Shown: positions 24,394-38,533 of the stretch, piece by piece
Numbering within the stretch: the stretch's first letter is position 1
Layout: each line of letters starts with the position of its first letter
Assembly: GCA_002189035.1 (NCBI GenBank)
Contig: NEEC01000031.1
Span: forward strand, 186,001 to 250,000
Source of the DNA: Utricularia gibba
Taxonomy: Eukaryota; Plantae; Magnoliophyta
DNA: 64,000 nucleotides
Reading direction: 5' to 3'
Made by a program: the position numbers and the translations under genes
Notes under the pieces: model-generated
Database searches by the model: none
Told to the model about the DNA's origin: nothing
Seen by the model: the letters and a program-made list of their open reading frames with translations, nothing else

Positions 24394-25431
24394 CATGTAG
24401 ACACAGTCAAGATTACAAGAACAGGATTTCCTTCCTAAATGATCATATCATGGTCTTGCCAAGACGCAGAATAAGGATCAGAGAGAGCCTCACTCAAAGC
24501 AAGGAATAAAAAGCTGGGAGAGAACATCCAGCAATAAGCGTGTTTTTGAGTAAGCAGCGCTTTTCCGCTTTCCACCCACTCACTCACTCACTCACCTTCC
24601 TGTGACCTGCTTTTTCCCCTTTACGCTTTAGGGGATGGGTGTTCTCTTCCCCATGCCGTATCCCCTTCAGATCCCCGGTGTCTTGCTGCAGCACCCCTTG
24701 GAGCTCCAAACAATCAATTGCTAAGCCTTGTTTTTTCCACATTGCCTACAATCTGGAAGCTGTAACCAATAGATCAACAGAGTTGACAATGGCTCATTTT
24801 GTAGATATGGCACTTGGTACACAGGGGGAGAGGGGCCCCCACCCCGGTACTTTGATTCATGCAGCAGCTACTACCATGATCACCTTTCCGCCTTTCAAGT
24901 GTAGCTTTAGCATTACACTGAAGGAAAGGATGGCCAGACACCTCTTCAATGATCAGCTTCACAGGTGGCCAACAAACAAAAATAATAAAAAAGCTTCATG
25001 ATTAAGTAACTGAAGGGCCGGCTACGAATACAAATAAAAAAGGAGTGTGGGTCTAGGGTGATGTGAAGCTATGTGAATAATTAAATGACAATACTACATA
25101 ATGCAATGTCAATGTACTGGAGTCTAGGTTTTATCTCGCAGTACAAAAGCAGGAATAGCTCCCAACAAGTGTAATGAGAAGGTGGAAGTTAAACCAGGCT
25201 CTTGCTTCTCCATTCAGCTATCAAAAATAAGGTAAAACTCATGTCGCAATCAACTTAGAGATGACTGATAACAGATGGTAGCGAGGCAATTTCCATTAGA
25301 GTCCTCACCATGGTAAATGAGAGAAAAAAATCTAGAAATCTAATGAACTAACATGTTTTTCCGCTCTGCTCAAGCTCAAATCTTTCGCTTTCCCGTTTTC
25401 AGGTATCGAGCAAACGACACAGGGTGCGGTG

Positions 25432-28400
25432 CTAGAATCTGAAACTTGGATCCACATCCATTGCCCAGGTGAACTTCGCAAGCAAAGACTTGTTAAATAT
25501 CTGCAAGGGGATCGCTTATGAATGGAACAATATTGTATGATGGTGAGACAATGCCGAGAAGAAGAGACTGGGGATGGATAAGCCATGAACCTTTTCGATT
25601 GGGACTTCGTGGCGCTTACACCATGCAACCGTGATCCTAGGATCAAGATAGTTGATCTTGGAAGTGCCCAAGGCTACCGTTTTCAAATCTTCTTTGGTTT
25701 CTATATCTCGCTCCATCTTTTGAATCCTAGCTGTGGTCTGCTCAATTTTTCGCTCCAATCTGCAATATGCTTTCCATTGGCAGGCTGAAGCCATGAAACA
25801 ATACAATACAATAGTAGCATCACTTACACATCGGGATTCAAATTCCTTTTACTTTTCCCATCAGGACTCTTCAGTGGGGGCTTCCCTTTCTTTGCTCTAG
25901 ACAAGTCAGTCTTTAGCTCTTCCAGTACGCCCTGAACAAAGCAATTGATGGATTCAAGCCCTTGCTACATTAGATAAACGTAACATGGGCATAAAGCATT
26001 TCTTATTCCATCAATGCTCTTTCCCACTGCTCAATTGCATCGGACCTTAAGTTCGTTTAGCTTTCCTTCCAAGCGCAGCATTTGGGCACCATGGCTTTTC
26101 GAGACAGTACGCTGATGATTACATATGATAGCAACCTAAAAAGTAGAGAATAATCATAGGTCAGAGACAGGAGCTTAGCACACTAAAATAAAAACTAATA
26201 TGACATTGACAGCCTTTACCTCTTTATTAGCATGTTGATATACAACAACTTTCTCAGCAACAGTCCCACCTTTCGTTTCCCTGCTTAGCTGTGAGAGGAT
26301 CCCAAGGATGAGGAAAAAAAAGCATCTACACAAATGCATGCATGCATGAAAATGAACCTAGTCCAAAGAAGCTAGTTGAAGCTCTACTAAGCTCAAGCTT
26401 AAGGTTAATATTATCAATAGCTTTCAAGGAAACAAGTTTCTTAGTAAAATATCAATAAAAACTCTATCTCGTATGCCCGCAGATGCTGAACTTGAGAAGC
26501 AAGGATTCGTAATCATCTAAAACATACTTTCCAAAACCCTACTTTTGAGAACATATCCTTTCGTTATCCATATCAGTCAACATATTCTGAAGAAAGATCA
26601 GTTGCATCTTACCATTTCATCTAAAGTAATCGATGCATTGTAAGTACGGAAGACTTTGGCTGTGAGCCCAGGCATCAATTCCTTTAAATGAGCATTCAAC
26701 TTGCTTGTGTCTAATTTGTCAAATAAATCATCCCCACCCTTTTTCCCTGGAATTGATGAAAACATCAAATAAAATTCAAGTATGAACAAATGCACTGTAT
26801 GTACGCCATTGCAATAGTGATTTACTAACCACTTCGAAACTGCTGGATTGCTTTGAACACAGGAATTTCCACTTCCACTTCATTTTCATATTTTATAGAA
26901 TCTTTACCAAGGAAATCAAACTGCAGAAAGGAAAGAAATTCAGACAACATATACGTGTTCACATTTCACTGTAATCAAAATAAATTGGACACCAAGATGT
27001 GATACTTGGGGATGATATGAGCAAAACATGAATGAAGTTTAGCCTGACCTTCAAAATATTCGGTGGAACTGGCTCAACATTTTCTACTTTTAATGTGCAG
27101 CAACCCACCGTATCTGCCTCATCATCATCCTATCACATAGAAACAGCTTCACACGTGAGATATCATCATTAGGCATAGGTATGAAAATTGAAAAAAAAAA
27201 TCCAGCCATACAATGTCGCCATGACAGAGATTGTATATACCTTCTCATTGCCCGCCCTAAGAGCTAGTTTGTCAATAAGATAGGTTGCAACTGCTATCTG
27301 CTTCTTTGTTGGATCTTTACTAGTAAAATCCTTTGCGTATGTTGCCCGTATACCTAATATATAATCCTTCGGTCGAAGAGTAACATAGTCAGTACAGCAC
27401 CCAGCAACAAAAAGGTAGGCAACTTATCGAAATAACCTTCAACTTCCTCGCTTTTTCATATTTCTCCTTGTCACTCTGCCCTTTCAGGGTACTGCTTGCT
27501 GCCAAAAATACATACTTGAATTCCTTAGGATTAATGGGATCATTCCAATACGCCAACCATGTCACTGTGTTATCATGCCTAACTTCTTTCCAACTGCCAA
27601 ATGGAATAACAAGTATGGATCAATAGCACTTCAGTCGTGGTGGGGGTGCAACACTGTTTTGTTGAGAAATAAAGTACCTTTCCCCGGGAATGGGACACTC
27701 AGGAATTGGAGCATCCCTTCCAATATTGATAATGATGTCCCTTGGGTGGATACGCTTTTTCAGTCGTCCCATCTGGTGATAGAAAGGTGTTTTCAATCAG
27801 TCAACACTCAAATCTAATTTTTAATCATGCATGCTAAAATTTCGTAATCATCGATGTGATGCTAAAGGATGTAACTGAACATACCTTTGGGTGCTCACCC
27901 CGCCCTCGGAATAATCCAGGTGGCTCAACTCTGAAGTTTCCAACCTGAAGTTTATACTACAGTTAGCCATCAGATATATAGGATCGAAATATGGAGAAAA
28001 AAAGACTACTCTTTTTGCATGTATAGTACACTAGCGGGTGATATGAACAATTCAGAGTATCAAAAAGAGCAGATGAGCGTATATATTCTAGGTTGAGCTC
28101 CACGGGACAAAATAAGTTTCACATAAACATCATGATGATTATAGGATGCACTAAATTTCACATTATTAACGATCATTGCATTAACAGGAGTGAAATATTG
28201 TTAGTTCGCAAGGTGAAATTAGACCTTCTCTTTCACACCATCGACAATAGCCCACATATACTTCTCCTCTTGCTTCAGCTTTTCCTCTCTTAATGCCTTT
28301 TTCTCCTGTGAAAGAGAATGAGCACAGGATATTATGGGACAGTTAAATCTTGAAGAAACATATGGATTGCAAGATAATGAATATCAATCCAAGAGAAAAA

Positions 28401-29772
28401 GAAATCAAATATAAGCCTGAAAGAAATACCTCAGAGGTCATCAGTTTCTTTTTCTCCTTCTCTTTCTGGTGCCATTCATAAATTGGAGTGAAATCACAGT
28501 GTTCCAAACTCTGAATAATGTGATTCTTTCCAAGTATCTTCCTCCAGTCATTCATGAAGTTTACGTTGAACTGATCCTTTGTTACATAATCACTTTCACG
28601 CATTACTGCATACATGGTTGCTACCTGCCAAAATTAGAAACGAATGTAACAAGTCCATAATCTACAAGAAGGGATAGTCACAAATAAAACCTAAAATTCA
28701 CAAAATTAGGTTTCTGTGTATCGCAGAAAAAAAGAGAGACAGAGACCTCTTCCTGTTCGGGTGTTAGATCAACTGACTTTCCCTTGTACAGCATCTTAAC
28801 TCCATGGGGTTTGTATGGAGGAGGAAAAATGACACCATTGTGAACCAACGTTGTCCACTTCTGTCCTTCACCAGAACTTGGTGGGACCTTTGATGACTTT
28901 GAGTATTGTGACTTACTGGCAGCTTTTTCTGGTTTCTTATCTGTCTTCTTCTTGAACGGAGCAGATACAGGTTTATTCAACTTATGCGCAGATACTTGTT
29001 TCTTCTCAGAAGCTGCCGCCTTTTTTAGTCTCTGTGATATAGGAATATCATCCTCCTCGTCATCTTCTTCTTTCACTCGAGGCTTAACTAAATCTTTTCC
29101 AGCAACATCACCAGAATACTTGGGCTTCTTTGAATTAGATTCTTCACTGATTTTAACACTATCCGGAGACCTCTTCTTCAAGGCGTTTAAGGGTTTCCTA
29201 TCCGCTGAAACTGAACCATTTTGGATACTTTTACCCAATAAAGGTTTCTTTTCAGCACGAGTAGACGAGTTTTTAGTTGATTCCAAGGTATTAGACCTGC
29301 CCTTAAACTGGGATGACAGGGGCATTTTGTCACCTGAGTCTTCAGATTTCGGAGTCTTCAGCCCCTTAGAGGTATTTTGATTGGCTTTGGTGGAATTGAA
29401 TTTTGATGCCCTAAGACTGAGGGGCTTATCATCTTCAGAATCCTCAGTTTCAACTGGCTGCTTGTCGTCTCTACCCTGGAGCTTATCCGAACTTTGGCAA
29501 GTTACAGAAGAAAAGTACTTATCGTTCGATGGTTCTTCAGATGAATTCTGCACTCTTGTTCCCCCTGGAGCCTTGGATGGAGATACCATCTTACGATTTT
29601 GAAGGTCAGATTTTGGAATACTCCGAGCACCTGTATCAGATGTGTTAGTATCCTGGTTCAAGCGATTCTGTTTTGAAGAAGAGGAATTCCTTCTAAAAAC
29701 AATGGGTTTATCATCATCATCCTCATCCATATCGACTGCTATTTTTGGTTCATTACATGCCTCAACAGCCAT
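25432..29772 (-). CDS. TOP1: DNA topoisomerase I (type IB), multi-exon
   Basis: Large Lys/Ser-rich first exon ending [16 protein letters not shown]. Core exons [51 protein letters not shown] and [18 protein letters not shown]. Catalytic [15 protein letters not shown]. Last exon [22 protein letters not shown] (TAG at 25432-25434). Confidence 0.97.
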
Positions 29773-31233
29773 TCAAGGCATAATACCTGTACAAAATTAA
29801 TATTGTTAGTATCCATACAGCAGTTTATTTGTCTCCTTTTCATACATAAGCGCAACAATACAAAAAAGAGAACCCTTTATGGACTAATTCACACAGTCGT
29901 CATTCAAAAGGCGTCCAAGAATTCTATACTCATTAGCACAGTCCTCCACCAGTATAAAAAAACTAAACCAAACTGGCCTGCATATAATTCCAGAATGCTC
30001 AAAAGGCCCATGACCGCACAATCCCAGACAATCCCCCAAAAAATAAGCACACACCTGTACATTATTAAACAATAAAAGAGGCAGCCGCTCTACCCATCAC
30101 CAAGAGAATCCCAAAAAAGGGGAAGAAAACCCAACACACGAACTTCAATCATCCAGAAGAAAAATCACGAGAGTTTGACGCGAATTCAAGAAATCCAATT
30201 GAATGCCCAATCTAAACCAACATCAGCTGTCTAAGGGGGTGAACCGATCTGCACCTTTCCGCACCCACAGCTGTTCCTGGCCAGCCGCCGCAGCTCGTCG
30301 GGCCGAAAGGTCTATCAATAAGTCTATGCAGAGTCGATGGAGAAAACCAGGAGAGCGCAAAGAACCAAAGATAGAGTGGGTCTTATATAATACTTTTTTA
30401 ATATACTAATTCTTTATTAAAATTAAAGCGCCATATATATTGTAAATAAATATGGACAGACGCCCTAGTTTAAATTTGACGTCCCGATGTTCTCTGAAAA
30501 TAGGAAATCGGATCGGCATGCGCTGCGAACCAGATTGAAACCTGTCTAAATCCGACAACATCCAATAACCCTTGACAAAGCAAGGAACTCAGCTTGCGCA
30601 ATGAAGGTTCAAGGAATCCGGCCGGCTGTGCCTGAAACTATCTGTGTTTGCCTGCTATCTGCTCTCAACGGACGACTTCAATTAGCCTACCGCTCAACGC
30701 CCCAACCCGAGGTGTGTGCGTGGGTGGGTACAGAACACAGAGTAAGTCGCCATGCGGCGGAGGGTCTGGCCATCCGCCGTCTCCCTGGTGGAATCCGTTG
30801 AAGTAAGTTCTGCCTCTTCTGCGCATCCGGTGCTCCACATCCCATCTTCGGGATGGATGGAATAAGGAAAAAAAAGCGTCCTGATCGGGAAGGGTAGAAT
30901 TGGGAATGCGGGAGGAAAAAGACAAAAGGACACGGAGTTTACAGGCTGACGTTAGGTGGAGGGTTAGTTCAGTCCACAAACGAAATTGCGTGCTTCTCTT
31001 CCTTCGCCGTATCCATCTCGCCCTCATCCCTCCCTGCGCGTTGCGGCAGTTAATTTTGCCGCTGAAGGAAGTTGGATTCCATCTGATTCCTCATCCTCTA
31101 CCCACACAAAGAAACGATTTCAGCGAGTTGGATGTGATGTAGTGGTGAATAAGATCGGGGGCGATCGAATTGGGTTTTTTTTTTTTCCTTTTGAGTGCGA
31201 CATATGGAGGGTCATGACATTCCGCGCCAAGGT

Positions 31234-31670
31234 ATGGATCCGATCGACGAAGCGTCGGAGTCGCTCTTCCACGACCGTCGCCGTGGCTGTTTCTCCTTGC
31301 CCTGCTTCGAACGGCCGGCGGATTCCTCGGGGAGAGGGGGGAGACGTCGTGGTGGAGGAAGATGGGGGGAGACGCGCTTTGGGAACGTGGAGTCGACGCG
31401 CTGAAGAAGATCCGTGAGTGGTCGGAGTTACTGGCGGGTCCCCGGTGGAAGACCTTCATCCGGCGGTTCAATCGGAACCGCGGCAGTGCCGGAAAGAACG
31501 CCAATTATCAGTACGATCCGCTGAGTTACGCCATGAATTTCGATGAAGGGTATGGAAATTTGAACGAGGAATCCGACGAGGGGTACTACTCCCGGAATTT
31601 CTCCTCAAGGTACGCTAAGGGCACACTGGACCTTCCCAAAACTGCAGCGATATCACCGAGCTCAGTCTGA
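31234..31670 (+). CDS. Small uncharacterised plant protein (KKIREWSE family, At5g62865/At3g48020-like), intronless
   Basis: MDPIDEASESLF..RGCFSLPCF in one frame and SWWRK..LKKIREWSELLAGPRWKTFIRRF..YQYDPLSYAMNFDEG..NFSSRYA in another; the two join by adding one G to the G6 run at 31336-31341. Confidence 0.8.
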
Positions 31671-32095
31671 AGTTGGGGTGGATTTCAAGCTCCTTTTTTT
31701 ATCTTTTGGGATTGAAAAAAAAAACAAGATCATGATGGTACAAGAAATTCTTCGTTGTAAAATCTGGATTTTTGTTGGTCTGTAATCGTATGTACACTCT
31801 TCTGCTTCATCAATGTTCAAGAGGTGATTGTGGATGGAAGAGGCAATAAAAACTGAATTCTTGACGTGGTTTGTTCGTCGCCAGTCAAGCCCTAGCTGGT
31901 ACCATCCCCTTCATTTCAATCATCAGCACTAGGAGAATATGCCCTTCTGATGCGGGTCTCTCTGACTATGCCTTATAATAATAATGACACTGTCTGAATT
32001 CCATTTTCTTGCTTGTAAGCTGTGAGTTTCAGCTGGTCTACATGATGAGAGGGTACATTTACAGCTTGCTGAGAACAGTCATGGAAAATCCAGGA

Positions 32096-35000
32096 TTAAG
32101 AAACCAAAGGCCAAGAATTTCTGCCGGCTTTTATGTCAAGCAAAATGGAGCCTACCGCCCAAGGGAAGCCCAAGCAGTTTCTATTTGGATGTGGATGGTA
32201 GGTGACGAAGTACCAAGCCGAGGCCAATTTTTTGTCATCACCTTCTTCATTACAGCTGATGCTGAACCATTCCTTGACTTCCTCCATAAGGTTCTTCACA
32301 GAAATCATGATCCGTTCCTTAACTTCACTGTACCTCCGATTATCCAGTTGCAGGTACGACGATTTCCGGTTGAGGTTTCCTGTGAGGATCTCCACTTCGC
32401 TCTTGGCTTCGTAGTAGTTGCATAGTATGCTAATCTTTTCCACGTACTCCTTTCTGTGCACCTCTGCTATGCCTAGGAATGCTTGGTACCCCTCCACTAT
32501 GAGATCAGGATCGAAAGCCTCTGAAAAAGCCTGGTCTGCATCATCGCATCTGAGGTTTGTTCTGTTGATGAACTCGATCGTGGCACGGTAGAGCTTTCCT
32601 AAGGCACCTTGAGAGACATACATCGGCTTGCCCCATCTCTCCATGAAATCTGGGAATAACCGGGGCCTCAAGGCTCGAGGCATCTCAGCCGGCGCTCCAG
32701 TTTTGGCGAAGTCTACGGCCATAGAATGAAGGTTGGCGAGCTCCAAACATTTTGAGCTGAGGGCTTTGTCAGGCTCCAGGTCTGCATGGACCAAATGCGC
32801 GTTGGAGATGGCTCCAAGCGTATCGCTCACCATGTAATCAGCGAAAAATCCATGGATTTCCTGAGACGTAATGATCACATAAAGCAGCGCTCTATGAAGA
32901 TGGAGGGCGTTCATGCGTTACCTCCAAGGTGACTTGGTGGTCCATGATGCGTGGCCTTCGGCCAGTGTAGTCCATGGGGTCGACGGTCCGTGGGGGGATC
33001 AGATTCTCGTCCCAGCTTACGAAGTAGAGATCACCATCGAGATCACCACCCGAGCATTCATTCGGGTGAGGCCTGCAAAAGCAGCGTTCAGCTTCCAAAC
33101 TAAATCACACAAGGCAGCCACAAAGTGCCTACCTATGGCCCTTCTGTGGGAAAACAAGGACATCCACCAGATTCTCCTTCAGAAATCTTGAATCCACGAC
33201 AGCTTCAAGCACTCGCACATCCCCGGGATGAAGACATGGATTCTTGGTAACAGTCACTTTGCCAGTTACCACCGCTGTGGTATCGTCCACCTTCGTGAAG
33301 AATGGTTGGGGTCCACTTTGTAGCTCGGACTTCCTCATCGTCACTCTAACATACACCTGGCCATACTCTAATGTCCCTGTTTCATCCATCACCCCAACCA
33401 AGACACGACCTTTTGGGACAAAAATACGGCATCTGCTTCTTAGGTCGGATATCTGACCCTCAAGATAAGACCGAAGCATCATATGCAGATAAGGATCTTT
33501 TGGGGGTGTATAGCCTAGAGCCAACATTCTTGGTATGATGCTTTTGTTACCAACTACGCCACTGCTCTCTAGAACATTGATTGCAACTTGTGGATCCATC
33601 AGAATATTTCCCCATTTCTGCAGTTGATTCTCCAGCATCTCCAAAAAGACACTATCTTTGACTCCCAGAGTCCAGAGCAAGACTACAATCTCCCGGTTCA
33701 AGTAGCAGGGCTGTGATTCACTGCACTTGGTGATGCTGAGCATATAGTTGTTGGACTGAAACTTCAGCATACTACCCCGCAGGCCTAGTTTATGAGAAAG
33801 ATGGTTAACAGCTACAACTCCTTTATAGCCACCATAACGAATCTGGAATGCTGATGGAACATGCTGCAAACGTAACATATCAGCTACATCTCTAGCAAAA
33901 CTAGGTGAAATCTTTCCAATGCCATCCGAGAAGCAGTATTTAACACCGTCAGTGACGACTTCAATGTCAGAAATATCTTCAACATCAGTAGGGGGACAAC
34001 AACGATTTGGGATGATGAGCTAAACAACTGGCCCATCCTTGCTGCACATTTCGAAATGCTTCGGATCTCATTGAAGCTGCCCATCCACACTCTGATATCC
34101 TCTGCTTTGACATGGTCATTTGATGCAAACATCCAAACTGAATTTGAACGCAACTGACTCGCAGAGAAAGCCAAGAACTGAAACTTCTTCTCCCCGATAA
34201 CAATGCCATCTTGGAGAATGGACAGAATGCGGTAATATATATCAGTTCTAAAAGGCATTGCAAAGATACCTCGCCTAACAGTTGTTGATATGGCTCCAGC
34301 AGGAAGGCGACCCCAATCCTCGTCAACAAAAGTTACCCTCACAAAGTCTGTAGCAAAGGAAGCGAACTTCTTCACTATATAGTTGGAACTTTCTAGCTCA
34401 GGACCCATGCAAAAGATCTTTGAGGGAGTCACAAGAATTCTGTGGCAACTCATCACATTCTTATTCTCTAAAAGCTTAGAGGCTGTTACCCTGCGTCTCT
34501 TATTGTTTCGAGTGGCAACAGAAGATTCTCTTTCAATCCACTGGCTAGGGTTGTAACACGTAGATGGCAAGTTGTAAATGTCCTTGAGAAGTTGCAATGC
34601 AGTATCCACATCTAAACTACTAAGGGTTTTGAAAAGATCAGAATTGACTGCAGCTATGCTGATCTTTTGACTATGTACAAGTAAATTCAGCTGAAATAGC
34701 ACCTCATAGTCTATCTGAAAATCAGAGCTGTTCTCAACAACTGGGACTAAGTTCGAGACATGATCCAGTTTAAATTCACTGAGACACAGTTCCCTCACAT
34801 GCTTTGACAAGTATGGCAAAGAGGCCTGTAAATCTGAACCTGACCATCCTTCTTTAATCTCCCAACAAAGAGTTGAAAGATATCCAATTGACTTCAGTTT
34901 TGAAAAATCAGTTGTTCTTACCCACATAAAATCTGTCTCCTCTTTGCAAATATGATACCGGTCATTAGAGAATCTTAAAGCAACATCAGGGCCCGATAGT

Positions 35001-36015
35001 TTTCTAAATACTTTCGGGGCATACTTGAGCTTCAAAAGAAACGAAATTGCACCAAGATTCACTCTACTTATGCAGAAAACGGTTTAGAAAACACAAAATC
35101 ACAGCATAACTCAAGGGCAGCTCAGGTGACACAACTCATCAAAATCCGTAACCTCAAGTCTCACTACATGAAGATGCTGGAAAACAAATATCACCAACGT
35201 ATTCCATAACCTAGTCCTTCTCTCCCTCTCTATATATATGAAATGAATATATATCCCATGCTCTGAGCATGATGCTCATCAAGAATAATTAAGATTCCAT
35301 TTTTCCAAACACGCTTTTTCATCAGGGAATCGTAGTAGTAATATGCGAAAACAGAAGAAATGATAATGGAGCACCTCTTGCACAAAATTCAATAAGGAAG
35401 CGAGATCTGTTTAGAGCACACATTCAACTCTCAGAAAGAGAAAAGAAAGGTTTAAGATGCGCATACCTTCAACACAATGGCAATAGCACCTTCTTCACCC
35501 CCATTCATACGACATACTTGACTCTCTGTAACATCCTCAAACTGTACCTCCAGCTTATAACATTCCCCTTGGTAATTCACAAAGAAGTGAAACTCCCTCT
35601 TCTCAGGCAAGACCCACAACTCAGACCGAACCCAAGATTCCAAAATCCCCATGCAATCCTCTCTCACCATGACTCCAGCATGCACAACCAGCCCATCAAC
35701 CCGGTTTCTAGGATCTATGGGCCTGATGATAACATCTTCAGTAGAATCGGAGACCGATAGATAGTGCCCGTTGAAAACAAGTTTCCCTTTATGGGAAAGT
35801 GATAAAGCCTTGGCCATTGCTTCAAACTCGTTGAATTGCACGCGCCCATGACCTCTGGACTTCCAGTTCCGGCGCTCCGTGAAAATCTCCACGGCGAAGA
35901 CTGAACATTTTCCTAGGTTAGCCTCGAGAAAGGATAAAAGATCTTTCGCTACGGCGCTCTCTGGGATATTTGATACCTTCACGGTGAGAGCCCGTCTCTT
36001 GGAGTCGACATCCAT
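32096..36015 (-). CDS. RDR2: RNA-dependent RNA polymerase 2 (RDR-alpha clade), 4 exons
   Basis: N-terminal RRM (TVKVSNIP..NWKSRGHGRVQF), FLAFSASQLRSNSVWMF, SKCAARMGQLFSSS, YCFSDGIGKIS, PSAFQIRYGGYKGV, TKNPCLHPGDVRVL, intact catalytic PHPNECSGGDLDGDLYFVSW and AVDFAKTGAPA. One 1-nt frameshift at G5 33991-33995. Confidence 0.92.
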
Positions 36016-37543
36016 GCGGAGCACAGTAGCACGATCAGCCGCTGAGAGTAATAATTTCCTGATGTTTCATTGCCGTGAAACTAAAAAAGAAAATATACTT
36101 AATTACGAAGAGGCCCCCAATTCTTCTGCTTATTTCGATTTTAGGCGGCATAGAACAGTTGAATGGACTTTAAACTCAACAGAGTTTTGTTGGGCATCTT
36201 TACCAAGATATCTTGTTGTAGGAAATAACCACTACTTTCATTTGGTGGTAAACAATGACGTTAGTCTCACTGAATCCACACATTCTTCCGTCTTCCTCAG
36301 AACTTCAACGAAAACAGAGCCGGCCCCGTCCACACTTCGACTCCCACAAACAAGTGGAACAACATCTTAGGTTGGGATGGGTTGCTTACTTATGTGCACT
36401 TTAAAGGCCTCGAGAACGTGCCGTTTTCGTCGAAAGCGTTTGTGCCCGGGGTGCCGGACTTCTTCTTGGACAGCACGCCGGAGAAGAAGGATGAGATAGT
36501 GAGGAAGGGAAGAGGGGAAGCATTGGTGGGACAGGTTCATGTCGTTCAAGGGAGATGCGGGAGAAGTTGGGAGTTGCTCCCTCTCCCTCAATTTGAACCA
36601 GTATTTTCCCTCGTTTGCTTCGAGTCAGCTTCCGCAGAGATGTAGGGTCTGGTCTGTTTTCACCCATTCCATGCTCGAGAGCCCACTGCTCTTTAATCAA
36701 AAAACAATTCGCATACATCAGAAAGACGTGAGCTTTTGTGTTGATCGGGGGACAGGAAAGACGTGAACCAAAAACACAAGTGCAGTTTCAAAAGCTACAC
36801 GCGGCTCCCATCAGCAGCAAAGCTGCAGTCAGGCATCGGGTGACATGGTGTTCCGTGTACGGGATACAACAACTCTCAAAATCTACTAAGCTTTTGCTTC
36901 TTTCTTTCCACTTGCAACATCTCTCATGAACGAAAACTTATGCAGTGGCCGGCCGGCGAACAGTAGCACATGCGCTTGCTCTTTCCTTTCCCGGTTTGTC
37001 TTCTCCAAAGTGTCCCGCGTACTCGCGATCCATTTGATAAAGGTAAAGGAGACACCGCTCGTGTTCCGAGAAAGGCGACACGCGATACGACAACAACTTA
37101 TTGCTAAGGCTTCACGCCTAATCAGAACAAATATTCAACTACCCAACAAGAAGAAAAAGAAAAGGCTTCAAAAAGTGGACGCCATTCAGTCGTTCATGAT
37201 CTTGCCTGCTTGCCCCCATCAAAATGAATTATCTTCACCGGGATGCACCATGCAACTCTGTTGATGTGGGAGATCTCAAAAAGCTCTATTTTCGCGATTT
37301 CGATACCACATGGCGAAGCCTTTAGTGGGTTTGTTGTAGTGCAATGACACACCTTATGCATGCTAACTTTAACGTCTGAATGCTCCAAATTCCAGCTGTA
37401 TGCTGTCACTGACTTTTTCCCTATAAAAAAGTATGTCGTCTACGTGTGTGTATATATACGCATCATACATGTCCAGGTATGGTGGTGTTTGGGCAGTAGA
37501 GTGGAACGAAGGGGCTGCTGCTTGTTGTTTGCTCGGTGAAGAG

Positions 37544-38121
37544 ATGGGGAACTGCCAAGCTGTGGATACGGCGAGTCTGGTAATTCAGCATCCCAATGGT
37601 AAATCCAACAAGCTCCATGCTCCAATTCTTGCAAAGCAAATCATGAAGGGGAATCCGGGGCATCACGTTGCTCTTCTTCTCACGACCACCGTCTATTCGT
37701 CTCCAGTCGCCGCCGCAGCTGCAAAACAGCCCTACGGTGGCTCCAGGAGCCCCCAGCTTCGGATCACGAAGATTAAGCTTCTCAAACCAACCGATTCCCT
37801 TCTTCTAGGGCATGTGTATAGGCTTGTCACCTTCCAAGGTCTGCTTCCTTCCTTTCTTTCTTCCAGAACCAGACGGTTAGTTATCATCTATCACAGCATG
37901 TTCGGATTAAACTGTGTTTCTCTGTGGTAGCAGAAGTGATGAAAGGACTGATGGCCAAGAGACAGGCCAAGACGAAGCAAATGATCAATGATTTTGAACT
38001 TCTTAGGAAAATGGAGAGTGACAAGGCGAATACTGAAGAGAAGCCAAGGAGGTCCTCTGTATCTTCGAGATCGAAGGCATGGCAGCCATCTCTCAGAAGC
38101 ATATCTGAGGTTGGAGCCTGA
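37544..38121 (+). CDS. DUF4228 (PADRE) domain protein; exons 37544-37838, 37934-38121
   Basis: MGNCQAVDTASLVIQHPNGK..IMKGNPGHHVAL..IKLLKPTDSLLLGHVYRLVTFQ|EVMKGL..AWQPSLRSISEVGA*; N-terminal MGNC suggests acylation. Confidence 0.9.
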
Positions 38122-38533
38122 TGCACTTTTTTAATAAAGTGGAATGAAAATGCGATTTAAAACCCATCTTGTGGACTGAATCTTGCTCTTCGTGTGATGT
38201 AATCAATCATCTTGCAAGCTGAGTGATGGCGATCAGCCTCTTGCCACAACTCTGAACATGCCGCCGATGTTCTTCTGGGTTTAGATGATCTTCATAGCAC
38301 AAACTTTTGAATAAAAAATAAGAGAATCTACAAGGAAACGTCGATGAATACATTTTGCTACTTTCTGTAGTGCTATAGCATTAAAAGAAGCAAGGGATGC
38401 AAAGTACCTTTGTAATACAAAACATCTAAACATCACTTTGATTCGGACTGCGCCCCGGCGGCAGGCATTAACTTCGCAGGTGTGGTTCCATTAATTCGAT
38501 GAAAGAAGAAGGCTTCATACTCATCTGGTTTAC

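Noticed and set aside
30420-31200. GC-rich region with small hairpins and a 12-nt match to recalled U3 snoRNA sequence (GCATCCGGTGCT)
   Set aside because: No U3 box A/B/C/D context. It is better explained as the divergent promoter and leaders of TOP1 and the gene at 31234.
19982-36015. AIPP1/EDM3 and RDR2 (both chromatin-silencing genes) in one window as a possible functional cluster
   Set aside because: They are 12 kb apart with unrelated genes between them, which is expected by chance at this gene density.
37150-37272. USE-like TCCCACATCA (minus) followed about 100 nt later by a T-run
   Set aside because: The USE is imperfect, there is no TATA, and there is no similarity to U-snRNAs, U3, 7SL, MRP or a telomere template that I can recognise.
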